Of a stretch of DNA of 64,000 bases, positions 48,813 through 59,595 are shown in pieces; positions within the stretch are counted from its first letter, which is position 1; each line of letters starts with the position of its first letter. The notes beneath the pieces were generated by a model. The model had not been told where the DNA came from. It did no database searches and saw nothing but the letters and a program-made list of their open reading frames with translations. The DNA is taken from assembly GCA_034669905.1 (NCBI GenBank), contig JAXMOL010000030.1, forward strand, positions 25,507-89,506, given 5' to 3'. Position numbers and translations under genes: made by a program. Source of the DNA: Candidatus Hydrogenedentota bacterium (lineage in GTDB: Bacteria; Hydrogenedentota; Hydrogenedentia; Hydrogenedentales; JAEUWI01).

Positions 48813-49043
48813 TCAGGGCGCCTGCTCCTTCGCAGACACCCGCTCCAACACTTCCCAGGTCCGGTCATCTTCCGTGTAAAAGAGCGCCGAAGCATCCCGG
48901 TCCGTGCGGACATTCTCCTGAATCACATGGCCCGCATAGCCCTTCTCCGCGAGCCAGGGCAACACGGTGGATATGAGTAGCAGGGCCACGCCAAGGCCCA
49001 GGGCCAGCCGTAGCCAGCCCTGGAATGTCGATTTCGTGTCCAT
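48813..49043 (-). CDS. Small membrane protein
   Basis: One TM helix; start overlaps the transporter stop. Confidence 0.65.
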   Translation of the reverse strand: MDTKSTFQGWLRLALGLGVALLLISTVLPWLAEKGYAGHVIQENVRTDRDASALFYTEDDRTWEVLERVSAKEQAP

Positions 49044-50356
49044 TAGTTTACCAGAGAAGGCGGCAAGGGAAAGAGCACGCCACTCAGGACCAGCCAGGCG
49101 ATAAAGAGGGTCAGCACGATATTGAAGGTCTGGCCCACGAGATAGAGCGTCATGGGTTTGCCGCCCTGCATTTGTGCGGCCATGGCCTTGAAGTTAGACT
49201 CCAGTCCGATGGAGATAAAGGCCATGGTGAAAAGCCAACCGCGGATGGTTTTGGTCTGCTTCAACATGCTGCTTACCGTGTCTTCGCCAAGCAGGGGAAT
49301 CATGACGAAGGACGCCACGAGGGATGCGGCCAGAAAGCCCAGGATAAATTTGGGAAAGCGCTTCCACACTTCCGCCATGCCGGGACGCTCGTTGTCGGCA
49401 TCCCGGTCCACCCGAGTCACCCAGAAGACGGCGATACAGAAGGCCACCACACCAATAAGGATGTTCTGGATCATCTTCACGATGATGGCTGCGGCCTCCG
49501 CTTCCGGTCCGAGCACGGCACCCGCCGCACCCACGGCGCCGGTGGCGTCAATCGTGCCGCCCATCCAGGCCCCACCCAGCAAGGGCGAGAGTCCCATCTG
49601 GGCTACAAGAATGGGCATACCAATCATCATGGCCACGGTAAAGATGAGGGTCATTCCCACGGCAATGGTGAGGTCTTCCTTCTTCGCATTCGACGCGGCC
49701 GCGGCGGCGATGGCGGCAGACACACCACAAACCGAAGTGGCCGTGGCGATAATGATGACCAGGGGTTTGTTGACCATCTTCAGCACGCGCGTCCCGAAGA
49801 ACCACATAAAAATAATCACAATAGGCGTCACGCCCCAGGCGATGGCCAGGCCATAGGCGCCGAACTTCAGGATGTTGCCGAATAGGATGCCCGAGCCCAT
49901 GATGACCAGGCCGGTCTTGATGTAGAACTCGGTCTTGATCGCCGGCTGGAGCCACGCGGGCACGCCCACCGTGTTGGCAATGAGCAGGCCCAGCCCCACC
50001 GCCCAGAAGGCGTAGCTGATCCCATAGTGTTTCACGGTCGCCTCGTTGGCAAAGACGTAGGTGAGGCAGGCGAGCAGGAAAATCACGAAGAACCCGGGTA
50101 GGAACGATACCACCCGGTCTTTGCCCATGACGGCAATGGCCGCACCAAAAATCGCGCACAGTCCGACCGCCAGGGCAAGCAAGGGGCCAAAGGATATCCC
50201 GGAACTGAGTGCAGAAAAATCACCCCAGGACCAACCGGGCATTTTGGGCACGCTGTCTACCGCGCCGACGAACACACTGCCCAACAAGATAAACCCGAGC
50301 CAGATGGCCCACCAGTCTTCGAGTTTAATCAGATCACGCCATGAGGATTTGTTCAC
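49043..50356 (-). CDS. YeiH/PSE putative sulfate exporter family transporter
   Basis: EFYIKTGLV, SVCGVSAAIA, GGTIDATGAV, WKRFPKFILGF. Confidence 0.9.
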   Translation of the reverse strand: MNKSSWRDLIKLEDWWAIWLGFILLGSVFVGAVDSVPKMPGWSWGDFSALSSGISFGPLLALAVGLCAIFGAAIAVMGKDRVVSFLPGFFVIFLLACLTYVFANEATVKHYGISYAFWAVGLGLLIANTVGVPAWLQPAIKTEFYIKTGLVIMGSGILFGNILKFGAYGLAIAWGVTPIVIIFMWFFGTRVLKMVNKPLVIIIATATSVCGVSAAIAAAAASNAKKEDLTIAVGMTLIFTVAMMIGMPILVAQMGLSPLLGGAWMGGTIDATGAVGAAGAVLGPEAEAAAIIVKMIQNILIGVVAFCIAVFWVTRVDRDADNERPGMAEVWKRFPKFILGFLAASLVASFVMIPLLGEDTVSSMLKQTKTIRGWLFTMAFISIGLESNFKAMAAQMQGGKPMTLYLVGQTFNIVLTLFIAWLVLSGVLFPLPPSLVN

Positions 50357-50436
50357 TGCATATTCTCCTGTAAATGATACTGTCGGTTGCCGTAAAGGGG
50401 GCTACGCTAACAGAGACTTAACCGAAAAATCAGATT

Positions 50437-50646
50437 GGAAAAGACATAAGGGACCTATGAAGACTAAAAGGACGGCATGGGAAGCGGTCACCGCGACAAG
50501 CCAAGATACGACACCCGAAACATCTCCGCTTGGATCGCTTGCTTAGATTGGCGGTGGACCAACCTACGGTCAATAGGACTAACCTTGGATGCCCCACGAC
50601 CATGTCCGCCGTCCTTTAGGTCCTTTTCGTCCTTTGGGTCCTTTCC
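50437..50646. repeat. Inverted arrays of ~9-bp AAGGAC-type units
   Basis: 50437-50480 mirrors 50600-50646. Confidence 0.6.
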
Positions 50647-50650
50647 CAGG

Positions 50651-52021
50651 CTATTTTCCGAGGATGTCCAGGTAACGAATATAGGTCTCTATCCCCCGGA
50701 AGAATCCGGGCAGATATTGGCGCTCGTTGGGTCCATGGATGCCGTCGTCGGGCTGGGCAAAGCCCAACATGACGGTATCTACCCCGAGTTTCTTCTGCAG
50801 CATCCCAACGATGGGCACGCTGCCGCCTTCCCGCTTGAAGACGGGCGGTTTTCCATAGCTCGTTTCCAGGGCCTCTTCGGCAGCCTTAATATAGATGGAG
50901 GTGCGGTCCATGGTCGATCCGGGTCCGCTCGAATGCTTGTGCAGATCCCAGGAGACGCCCTCGGGCACGTGGTCTTCCAGAAAGGCGCGAAACTGTCCTT
51001 CGATGGCTTCCGGATCCTGATCTGCCACGAGACGGGCACTGATTTTGGCGTGGGCGCGGGCGGGCAACACGGTCTTTGCGCCTTCCCCCGTGAAGCCTCC
51101 CCAGATACCATTCACCTCCAGGGTCGGCCGGGCACCAATGCGCTCGACCGTTGAAAAGCCCGCCTCGCCGAAGCACATCTGGACCCCCGCCATTTCCTGA
51201 AAACTCTCGTCGTCGTGGGGCAGGCGCTGCAACAAGGTACGCTCTTCATCGCTCAAGGGACGGACGTCGTCATAGAATCCGGGAAGCGTGACGCGCCCTT
51301 GCGCATCGTGCATGGCCGCAATTAATTCAGACAGGACGTGGAGGGGATTACGCACGGCGCCGCCAAACATGCCACTGTGGAGATCTTTCTTTGCGGTCCG
51401 CAGCTCCAGCTCAAAATAGGCGAGGCCCCGCAGCGAATACATGATGGCCGGCGTATCCTTGTCGTAGATGCCGGAGTCACAATTCAACACCGCATCACAG
51501 GCCAGTTGCTCTTTGTGGGCATCAATAAAGCCCGGCAGGCTGGGCGAGCCCACTTCTTCTTCACCTTCCAGGAGGTACTTCACGTTGACCGGATAATCGC
51601 CCTGGGCGGCGATGCTTTCCATGGCCTTCAACTGGGCGAAAATCTGGCCCTTCATATCCGACGCACCCCGGGCGTAGATATAGTCACCCCGAATTTCGCC
51701 GGCAAAGGGATCAGACTCCCACTCATCGAGGGGGTCCACGGGTTGCACGTCGTAGTGGCCGTAAATCAGCAGGGTTGGTTTGCCCGGTGCCTTCAGCCAT
51801 TCACCATAGACGATGGGATGGCCGTCGGTGGGCATGACCGCCACATTTTCCATCTTCAGGTCACGGAGTTGCTGTGCAAGCCACTCGGCCGTCTTCAATA
51901 CGTCGGCCTTATTTTCGGGCAGGGTCGAAATACTGGGCATGGCCAGGAGGGCACGGTACTCTTCCAGATGCCGTTCGGAATTTGCCTGTGCGTGGGCCAG
52001 TGCGTCGTCAAGAAATGCCAT
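50651..52021 (-). CDS. M20 family dipeptidase
   Basis: YGHYDVQP, ARGASDMKG, EGEEE, DLHSG, HGPNE. Confidence 0.93.
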   Translation of the reverse strand: MAFLDDALAHAQANSERHLEEYRALLAMPSISTLPENKADVLKTAEWLAQQLRDLKMENVAVMPTDGHPIVYGEWLKAPGKPTLLIYGHYDVQPVDPLDEWESDPFAGEIRGDYIYARGASDMKGQIFAQLKAMESIAAQGDYPVNVKYLLEGEEEVGSPSLPGFIDAHKEQLACDAVLNCDSGIYDKDTPAIMYSLRGLAYFELELRTAKKDLHSGMFGGAVRNPLHVLSELIAAMHDAQGRVTLPGFYDDVRPLSDEERTLLQRLPHDDESFQEMAGVQMCFGEAGFSTVERIGARPTLEVNGIWGGFTGEGAKTVLPARAHAKISARLVADQDPEAIEGQFRAFLEDHVPEGVSWDLHKHSSGPGSTMDRTSIYIKAAEEALETSYGKPPVFKREGGSVPIVGMLQKKLGVDTVMLGFAQPDDGIHGPNERQYLPGFFRGIETYIRYLDILGK

Positions 52022-52329
52022 GGGTATTCTCCAGGTAAAAGTGGCCCACAGCATACAAGAATAGCCGCCCTCAGGTCACGCAAATAGCGTCGTGAAATAC
52101 GCCCTGCTCCAATTCGGTGCAAGGGAAGCCTTTCCACGTATCGCCATAATCCATTTATTACAAATAACTTAGAACATCAAGGTCATTTCGGATTGCCACA
52201 TCCCCGACAGGGCAAACCGTGAAAATCCCGGTTCCAACTTCCCTACACCACAAAGTGCACGGTACAATAGGTGAGAACCAATCCCGATTCCTGGTGTCTA
52301 AGATCCTGCAAACTGGAGAAGTCCCCCGC

Positions 52330-52932
52330 GTGGTGATATTGGAAGAAACACAAAGGCATTCAGACGATGATCTGGTGCGCGCCTGCCGTGACGGGCAGGA
52401 CTCCGCCTTTGAAGAACTGGTACGCCGCTACAAGGATCGGGTGTATAACGTGGTCTATCGCTATCTCGGAAATCATGAAGACAGCCTCGATGTCGCCCTG
52501 GAAGTATTCGTCCGGGCGCATCGGAGCTTCGACAGTTTCGAGGGCCACTCCCAGGTCTACACCTGGCTCTACAGCATCGCGTCGAACGCGGCCCGCAATA
52601 AGCTCCGGGATAAGTCGCGCAAAGGCCGCAACAAAGGCGTGTCCTTTGAGCTGCTGGAAGAAAAAGCGCCTTCGGTCGCACAGGCGGCCACCACCGATGG
52701 GGTTACACCCAGCCACCTGGCCCAGAAGCGCGAGTTGAATGACGGGCTGAAGGACTGTCTCGAAGAACTACCAGACACCTATCGCCTCCCCTTCGTGCTG
52801 CGCACCTTTGACAACCTCAGCTATGCCGATATCGCCACCTCGGTGGGCTGTCCCCAGGGCACCATCAAGTCGCGCCTCAATCAGGCCCGTAAACGGCTCC
52901 GTGATTGCCTGACCCACAAGGGGGTGATCTGA
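52330..52932 (+). CDS. ECF sigma-70 factor (SigW/RpoE-like)
   Basis: AFEELVRRY, TWLYSIASN, GTIKSRLNQAR. Confidence 0.92.
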   Translation: MVILEETQRHSDDDLVRACRDGQDSAFEELVRRYKDRVYNVVYRYLGNHEDSLDVALEVFVRAHRSFDSFEGHSQVYTWLYSIASNAARNKLRDKSRKGRNKGVSFELLEEKAPSVAQAATTDGVTPSHLAQKRELNDGLKDCLEELPDTYRLPFVLRTFDNLSYADIATSVGCPQGTIKSRLNQARKRLRDCLTHKGVI

Positions 52933-54062
52933 TGCCCATCGCCTGCGAACAAATCCGCAACGAGTTTTCCGCCCTGCTCGACGACGAGCTCAATTCCGAG
53001 GACCGGGAGCTCGTGGAAGAGCACCTTTCCGAATGTGCGGAATGCCTCCGGGAACTCCATGGGTACAAGCAAGTATCGGACGTCTATTTCTATCACCATC
53101 CCGTAAAGGCGCCGGACAATTTCGACGAACTCCTGAAGGAAGCCCTCGCCCCGGTTCCCTCATCTACCGGGATGGGGTGGTCCCCCTGGCGCATGGCCGC
53201 CGCAGCGGCAATCGTACTCGTGGCCGGTGGTATCGGTTGGCGCACCCTGCAGGATAGCCCTGAGAGGACCATGGTACTTTCCAGTAACCTGGACCAGCGG
53301 GAACCTGAGGTCCAATCGGCTCCCGCAGAAGAACCCATGCAAGGGGCAACTGAAGCGGCCATGGAGCAGGCATCCACTGCGGCATCAAACGCCCCGTCGG
53401 AAGGCGAATTTTCCGCGCCTCCCGTCGGCCTCGGTGGCCGTGGCATCGGCCCCGCGTCCTCGGGATTCGGAGGCGGAATCGTACCCAAGGAGGCTCCCGA
53501 AGCCGAAGTGCGGATGAAGCAATCCGCCCCTGCGGCAGACGCCCCCACCCTTCCCGAAGCAGAAGCGCCTGCCCGTGCTCGTAAAATGGAAGAGCGCGAT
53601 GCCGTGTCTATTCAAGCAGCACCACCCGCACCCGCACCGGCTCCCATGCTGGAAGAGGCCGTGGCCAATAGCGAATCGGACGATGTACGGGCAATAGAGC
53701 ACCTCGCCGATGCCATGGCGGACGCCGATGACGTCCCAGCGGAGGAACCGCGCCAATCCCTCCTCAAACAACGGATGGCGGACGAGTCTCCGAGCACGGC
53801 GGCCGTGCCCCCCGCCGAACCGGTGCAATGGCGTGAGCAACAGTTTTCCCTGACGGAAGGCGTACTGACACAGCGCAGCTATGGGCAAGAGCCCCTCTCC
53901 GTCGTTCAGGCACCTTCGGAAGCGTGGACCCAACTGCTGGACGCCCACCCCGACCTGGCCCAGCTCGTGGATGGGACCCAGGATGTCATCGTCCGGCTTG
54001 ATGAGACCTGGTACCGCATCGATGTCGCACCCCGTGCCCCCGAAGCAGCCGCCACCGAGTAA
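52932..54062 (+). CDS. zf-HC2 anti-sigma factor
   Basis: HLSECAEC motif, TM helix, coupled to the sigma gene. Confidence 0.88.
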   Translation: MPIACEQIRNEFSALLDDELNSEDRELVEEHLSECAECLRELHGYKQVSDVYFYHHPVKAPDNFDELLKEALAPVPSSTGMGWSPWRMAAAAAIVLVAGGIGWRTLQDSPERTMVLSSNLDQREPEVQSAPAEEPMQGATEAAMEQASTAASNAPSEGEFSAPPVGLGGRGIGPASSGFGGGIVPKEAPEAEVRMKQSAPAADAPTLPEAEAPARARKMEERDAVSIQAAPPAPAPAPMLEEAVANSESDDVRAIEHLADAMADADDVPAEEPRQSLLKQRMADESPSTAAVPPAEPVQWREQQFSLTEGVLTQRSYGQEPLSVVQAPSEAWTQLLDAHPDLAQLVDGTQDVIVRLDETWYRIDVAPRAPEAAATE

Positions 54063-54161
54063 GGTATCGCGCACCCTTCGTCTTTCACCCGTTAAGCTTG
54101 CAATCCGATTGTCGTTCTTTCATGCTGGTAGTGTCTGTAACCCACAACGAAAGGCGGCTTC

Positions 54162-55943
54162 ATGGATAGAATTCGACAGGCTTCGGGCAATCATTCACGG
54201 CGTAGTTTTCTGCAACACACGGGCCTCGGCCTGGTCGCCCTGGCGACGTGGGCTACCCCCCGTGCCCATAGCGTGCCCTCCCGACCCAACGTGTTGCTCA
54301 TCATGACGGATGACCAGGGCTACGGCGATCTCTCGTGTCTCGGCAACCCCGTGCTCCAGACCCCCCATCTTGATGAACTCCACCGTCAAAGCCTGCGACT
54401 CACCAACTTTCATGTGAGCCCCACCTGCGCCCCCACCCGGGCCTCTCTCATGACGGGACGCTACAACAACCGCACGGGCGTATGGCACACCATCATGGGC
54501 CGCTCCATCCTCCGGCGCGATGAAATCACCATGGCCGATTACTTTAAGAAGGCGGGCTACCAGACCGGCATCTTTGGCAAGTGGCACCTCGGGGACACCT
54601 ATCCCTATCGCCCGGAAGATCGGGGCTTCGACGAAGTCCTGGTCCACGGTGGCGGTGGCGTGGGTCAGACGCCCGACTACTGGGGCAACAACTACCAGGA
54701 CGACACCTACTTTCACAATGGCACCCCCAAAGCCTGTCCCGGCTATTGCACCGATGTCTGGTTTGATGCGGCCCAGAAATTCATGACCCAGCAACGGGAC
54801 ACCCCGTTTTTTTGTTATCTCCCCACCAACGTCCCCCATTTTCCCTTTCTCGTGGCCGACCAATACAAGAAGCCCTTCGAAGGAAAAGGACTCAATGAAG
54901 ACCAAGTGGCGTTCTACGGCATGCTGGCCCATTTCGACGAGTGTATGGGGCGGCTGATGAAAGCCCTGGATGACAGCGGGATGGCCCATAACACCATCGT
55001 CATTTTCATGACCGACAATGGCACAGGCGGGGGCGACAAAGCCGGCATGCGCGGCACCAAGGGCAGTGAATATGAGGGGGGACACCGAGTCCCCTGTTTC
55101 ATCCGATGGCCCGATGGAAAATGGACGGGCGGGAAAGACATCCCCGAATTGAGCGCCCACATCGACCTCTTGCCAACCCTGTTAGAAACCTGCGGCATAG
55201 ACCAGGACACCTCCATGCCCTTTGATGGCATCAGTCTCGTGCCCTGGCTTCACGATGCCACGCACCCGGCTGCAGCGCGCGCCATTGTGGTGGATTCCCA
55301 GCGCATTGACCATCCCGAAAAGTGGCGCAAGAGTGCCGTGTTGGAAGGCCGTTGGCGCCTGGTCAATGGCAAAGAACTCTATGATGTCGACCAGGACCCC
55401 GCGCAAAAACACGATGTGGCATCCAAACACCCCGATATCGTCACGCGACTCACGGCCCACTACGACGGGTGGTGGACCAGTACCTCCGCCCGTTTCGACG
55501 AGTACTGTCCCATGGTCATTGGCGCCGCCGGTCAGGGCGTGAGCCATCTCACCTGCCACGATTGGCATGCTCCCATCAAGCAGGTCCCCTGGAACCAGCC
55601 CTACGTCCGTGACGGAAGACCGGGACAGGGGTTCTGGGTCGTCGAGGTGGAGCAGGAAGGCACCTACCAGTTTGACCTCCGCCGGTGGCCCGTGGAATGC
55701 AACGCCACGATGCGCGGCAGCGTCGATGGGGGCAAGGCCCTGGAGATTACCGAGGCCCGGGTGCATATCGCCGGTCTCAGCGAGTCCACCCCCGTCTCGG
55801 CCACCGATCGGTCCGCCACTTTCCAGCTCAATCTGCCCAAAGGCCAGCACCGCCTGCAAAGCACCTTGGTGGAAGCAGACGGTTCGGTGCGGGGCGCCTA
55901 TTACGTGTCTATTGCGAAGGTCGACGGGCCACGACAAATATAG
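54162..55943 (+). CDS. Tat-exported arylsulfatase
   Basis: SRRSFL Tat motif, TDDQG, CAPTRASLMTGR, GKWHLG. Confidence 0.95.
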   Translation: MDRIRQASGNHSRRSFLQHTGLGLVALATWATPRAHSVPSRPNVLLIMTDDQGYGDLSCLGNPVLQTPHLDELHRQSLRLTNFHVSPTCAPTRASLMTGRYNNRTGVWHTIMGRSILRRDEITMADYFKKAGYQTGIFGKWHLGDTYPYRPEDRGFDEVLVHGGGGVGQTPDYWGNNYQDDTYFHNGTPKACPGYCTDVWFDAAQKFMTQQRDTPFFCYLPTNVPHFPFLVADQYKKPFEGKGLNEDQVAFYGMLAHFDECMGRLMKALDDSGMAHNTIVIFMTDNGTGGGDKAGMRGTKGSEYEGGHRVPCFIRWPDGKWTGGKDIPELSAHIDLLPTLLETCGIDQDTSMPFDGISLVPWLHDATHPAAARAIVVDSQRIDHPEKWRKSAVLEGRWRLVNGKELYDVDQDPAQKHDVASKHPDIVTRLTAHYDGWWTSTSARFDEYCPMVIGAAGQGVSHLTCHDWHAPIKQVPWNQPYVRDGRPGQGFWVVEVEQEGTYQFDLRRWPVECNATMRGSVDGGKALEITEARVHIAGLSESTPVSATDRSATFQLNLPKGQHRLQSTLVEADGSVRGAYYVSIAKVDGPRQI

Positions 55944-56643
55944 AGAGGCCCGCAGGCCAGGCGCAGCAGGCCATCACCTGGCGTTCGAAGGCCAGCAGGC
56001 CACCGAGTACGTGGTTCACCCAATCCGGTGTGTGGGGGTCCAAATCGGACCCCCGCTCCGGGAGCCATTTGCGCCCCACCCGGCAGGCGACGATGGCGGG
56101 TAAGAGCAGGCTGTTCCAATAACTGGATTGAACGATTTCCAAACCCGCCTCCCGGACGAGTCCGTTTATTTCGCCACGGGTAAAGCGGTGGGCCGTGTGG
56201 ACCGCCACGTCGTGGGACGAATAGAGCCATTGGTAGGCGGGCACATTGAGTACCACAATACCCCCCGGCCGCACGATGCGATAGGCTTCGCGCAAGACCG
56301 CCCCCCGATCGGGCACCCCCGCATGGTAGAGCACGTCCAGGAGCAACACCCCTTCAGCGACCTCCCCCGCCAAGGGCAACTCGCCTGCATCGGCCTGCGC
56401 GACCCGCGTTATGCCCCGCTCCCGACAGAAAGCAAGGGCCTCGGAGGCCAGATCCACGCCAGTGACGGCATAGGCGGAGTGCAATCGTGCCGCCATCCCA
56501 CCGGTCCCGCAACCCACATCCACCACGGGTGCCCCGGACGAGAGATGGCGTGCGGCGGCGCGGGACACGAGGGCGTGAAGCCCCCGGTACCACCAATGGG
56601 TATCTTCCACGGCGCGCATACACGCGTACTCTTCCGTATTCAC
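55909..56643 (-). CDS. Class I SAM-dependent methyltransferase
   Basis: EDTHWWY, VDVGCGTG, LDVLYH, VPAY. Confidence 0.88.
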   Translation of the reverse strand: MNTEEYACMRAVEDTHWWYRGLHALVSRAAARHLSSGAPVVDVGCGTGGMAARLHSAYAVTGVDLASEALAFCRERGITRVAQADAGELPLAGEVAEGVLLLDVLYHAGVPDRGAVLREAYRIVRPGGIVVLNVPAYQWLYSSHDVAVHTAHRFTRGEINGLVREAGLEIVQSSYWNSLLLPAIVACRVGRKWLPERGSDLDPHTPDWVNHVLGGLLAFERQVMACCAWPAGLSIFVVARRPSQ

Positions 56644-56758
56644 GGTTTTGCGCTCCTGTGATGGGGGTGCTAACATGGCATCAGGACGTCGTGCCGTCCA
56701 TAGCGCGACGACGGGCGTATTGTTACGCGCCGACGCGGAAGAATCAAGGAGGAACAGG

Positions 56759-57556
56759 ATGATGGCAGTGCTACGGGGTGCTTTGGCGCTTGTGTTGGTC
56801 GGCATAACGCTGGTGGGGTGCGAGGCGCGGGTGAATCGGGAGCGTAATAATTTCGGCTTTCTGGCCATCCACGAAGCGGCACGGGCCGGGGACGTGGCCC
56901 AGGTTGCGGCCTTGCTCGAACAAGGGGCCAAGGCGAATGCCGCCGACCTCGACAACATGACGGCCCTCCACACGGCGGCGAAAATGGGCAACATCGAACT
57001 CGCCCAGCTCCTCCTCTCCCACCACGCGGACCCGACACTCCGCACCAATGATGGCTGGGATGCCCTGCACCTCGCGGCCTGGAAGGGACACGAGCGTATG
57101 GTGGAGTTGCTCATGAGCTACGGCGCCGTGGCCAACCGAATGACCGACCGGGGCTGGACCGCCATCCACATGGCCGCCTTTCAGGGCTCCATCCCTATCA
57201 TCGATCTCCTGCGTCGGGACTGGGAGTCTCACGCGGTGGCCGGTAAGCCCGAGTTGAACACGCCGGACAAGGAAGGCAACACGCCCCTTTTCCTCGCCGT
57301 GGACCAGGGCCACACCGAGGTGGTGAATTACTTTATCCTCAAGGGCGTGGATATTAATTCAAAGGACAAATCGGGAAGCTCCCTCCTGCACCGCGCCGTG
57401 GAGCGGGGCGACTATGATCAAGTGGCCTTCCTGCTCAGCAACGGCGCCGACCCCAATGTCCGTGATGCCAATGGAAAGACCCCCTACACCCTGACGGCCG
57501 AGCGCCAGGACGCCAACATGGCCCAGATGCTCATCAACGCAGGCGGCGGTGTCTAA
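56759..57556 (+). CDS. Ankyrin-repeat lipoprotein
   Basis: LVGC lipobox; TALHTAA, ALHLAA and TPLFLA repeats. Confidence 0.9.
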   Translation: MMAVLRGALALVLVGITLVGCEARVNRERNNFGFLAIHEAARAGDVAQVAALLEQGAKANAADLDNMTALHTAAKMGNIELAQLLLSHHADPTLRTNDGWDALHLAAWKGHERMVELLMSYGAVANRMTDRGWTAIHMAAFQGSIPIIDLLRRDWESHAVAGKPELNTPDKEGNTPLFLAVDQGHTEVVNYFILKGVDINSKDKSGSSLLHRAVERGDYDQVAFLLSNGADPNVRDANGKTPYTLTAERQDANMAQMLINAGGGV

Positions 57557-57653
57557 GACCAGGATGCCCGTGCAGCCCGGCAGGGCTCGCCCGTGCTACA
57601 TGTACGCCACCCAATGCAAGCAACATATTATGGGGTGCCAACGGCCCATCAAT

Positions 57654-57788
57654 ACAGGGACTGCCTTCGCGCCGAAAGCTACATTGGGTAGCGTCAGGAC
57701 GGGGATGTAAAGGCCCTTTCAATGGATAGACAGCACGCGTAGATGCGCGAGGCTGTACCGGCAGTATGGGGAGACGCGGTGTTGGTGA
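57654..57788 (-). repeat. 135-bp degenerate inverted repeat, left of RAYT
   Basis: Reverse complement aligns without gaps to 59156-59290. Confidence 0.75.
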
Positions 57789-58327
57789 TCTTCGCACCCT
57801 TTCTTGGGGCAGTCGCGGTTGTTTTTTCGGTGTGCCTTGTCTCGGACAGGTTCAGAACGCGCCGTGGCGGAAGTCTCCAAGCTCCTGTCCGAGGCAAGGG
57901 GCAAGCCTACCCTTACCCACACGGTTATCCGTGAGACACGCCACGTGCCGTAACACGGTGCCTTTGGCACCCAAGCCGGCGGGCCGCCGGCGCTCCATAG
58001 ACTCGTCCCTCAAGAGGAACGCGGAGACTGACGGGACGGTATCGCGCCCGGAGACCCTGTGTAATCCAAGTCCGCCCCGCGCCATCCCGCACGCCTGCCA
58101 GCACCCCAAGACCTTGACGTGCGTTCCTGTCCCGGTGGCAGAACGATTGCCAACTCCACGGCCCAATCACGAAACGCCGTCCGAATCCCGTCCACCTCCA
58201 CGGAGTCCGCCGGGACATGCTGCCGCCCGACAGCACATCAGAAATCCCGACGCCACGAGAAGGGCCACCGGCAACCGCCCCTCCCCATCGAATACCTGCG
58301 GCAGAACGTCCCTTCCCCGCCCCCACG

Positions 58328-59002
58328 CTACCCATCTTTTCGCGGACGGCCCACGGGGAGAGCGCGGACGCGGCGGCCGAGTTGGGCTTCCAGCTGGCTC
58401 AGGAATCCGTCCGTTCCCAGGGGGCGGCCAGTTTGGGTCTTCAGGCGGAAGGTCTCGCCAAAGTCGGGGTCGATGCCGCTGTTCAGCACGGCGCGCCAGC
58501 GGGATTCATCGCCGAGGTATTCACGCCACCAGCAAAGGTCCAGCAGGCCATCGTCTTTCTTCTCGCCCACATGCACCGCCGCGCTCGACCAGGGATAACG
58601 CCACGGCTTGCGCACCATGCGGGCCCGGACGGGATTCTGCTCCACGTAGTGCATGGCGTTGCCGAAATGGGGCTCATCCAACACGCACGAATGGAATCGC
58701 CCCTGCCACAGATGGCCGCTCCGCCCATGAAACTGGTTGATGTATTGGCTATAACGGAAATGGGTCCGCCCGATGGCCTTCGCCAGGGCCTCCTCCACCT
58801 CGGGCACCGCGATAATATGGACGTGGTTGGTCATGAGGCAATAGCCGTGAATACGGAGGCCGTAGCGCAGCGCATGCTCCCGCAGAAAACGGAGATAGAC
58901 CCGCCGGTCGTCGTCCACGAAGAAAACGTCCTGCTGGTTATTCCCACGTTGGGTGATATGGTGCGCTTCTCCCGCCACCACGATACGTGCTACTCTGGGC
59001 AT
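58328..59002 (-). CDS. REP-associated tyrosine transposase (RAYT, IS200/Y1 HUH family)
   Basis: MPRVAR...HHITQRGNN, YCLMTNHVH, LWQGRF, YVEQNPVRA, YPWSS. Confidence 0.93.
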   Translation of the reverse strand: MPRVARIVVAGEAHHITQRGNNQQDVFFVDDDRRVYLRFLREHALRYGLRIHGYCLMTNHVHIIAVPEVEEALAKAIGRTHFRYSQYINQFHGRSGHLWQGRFHSCVLDEPHFGNAMHYVEQNPVRARMVRKPWRYPWSSAAVHVGEKKDDGLLDLCWWREYLGDESRWRAVLNSGIDPDFGETFRLKTQTGRPLGTDGFLSQLEAQLGRRVRALPVGRPRKDG

Positions 59003-59155
59003 AAAGACAGCATAGCGGAAGCAGGTGGGGATGTCAATTACAGGTGACTGTCCCTATTTGTACAGACACCACCCAGAGTGCGGCAGTGAAGACACCCGGG
59101 GCGTATTCCTGTCTGCGAGAACGGCAGGGAATGCACGATGCCATTTGAGGCAGCG

Positions 59156-59290
59156 TCACCCACCCAACGTCTCCCCGGACTGCCGGGACAGCCTCGCACA
59201 CCAACGCCTACCACCCATCCGCCAAGTCCGCTGCTACATCCCCGCCCACTCGCGACCCCACGTCGCTTTCAGCGCGAAGGCAGTCCCTGT
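59156..59290 (+). repeat. 135-bp degenerate inverted repeat, right of RAYT
   Basis: Shares CGTCTCCCC..ACTGCCGG.ACAGCCTCGC and GCGCGAAGGCAGTCCCTGT with the left copy. Confidence 0.75.
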
Positions 59291-59294
59291 GGAA

Positions 59295-59490
59295 GCACAA
59301 CACCAACGGGAGCGCAATGGGACTCCTGCGCCTGTATGTGCCAAAGGAAACAGCCATCATAACAATGAAACCACCACCTTGAACACGATCGCAGAAAGGC
59401 TAAACGATAGCCCCGGAAAGCTACTTCCCTACCTAACCCCACACGAGGTTCTGCAAGAAGCCATTGTTGCACTTGATGGTTGAATCTACC
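59295..59490 (+). pseudogene. IS30-family transposase C-terminal remnant with right end
   Basis: Frameshifted NTNG..GLLRLYVPK / LNTIAERLNDSPGKLLPYLTPHEV...VAL, then TGTTGCACTTGATGGTTGAATCTACC. Confidence 0.75.
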
Positions 59491-59595
59491 ATCGCCGTTC
59501 CTGAACGATTCCCGATTTTGTATGTTACTATGGGTTTGAGGGTTTCAAAGCTACCCAATACATAGGGAGTTCAATCAGCACAGGAAGGGAATGCC

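Noticed and set aside
57766..58740. 324-aa plus-strand ORF
   Set aside because: Pro/Arg-rich low-information translation that overlaps the RAYT antisense strand and repeats.
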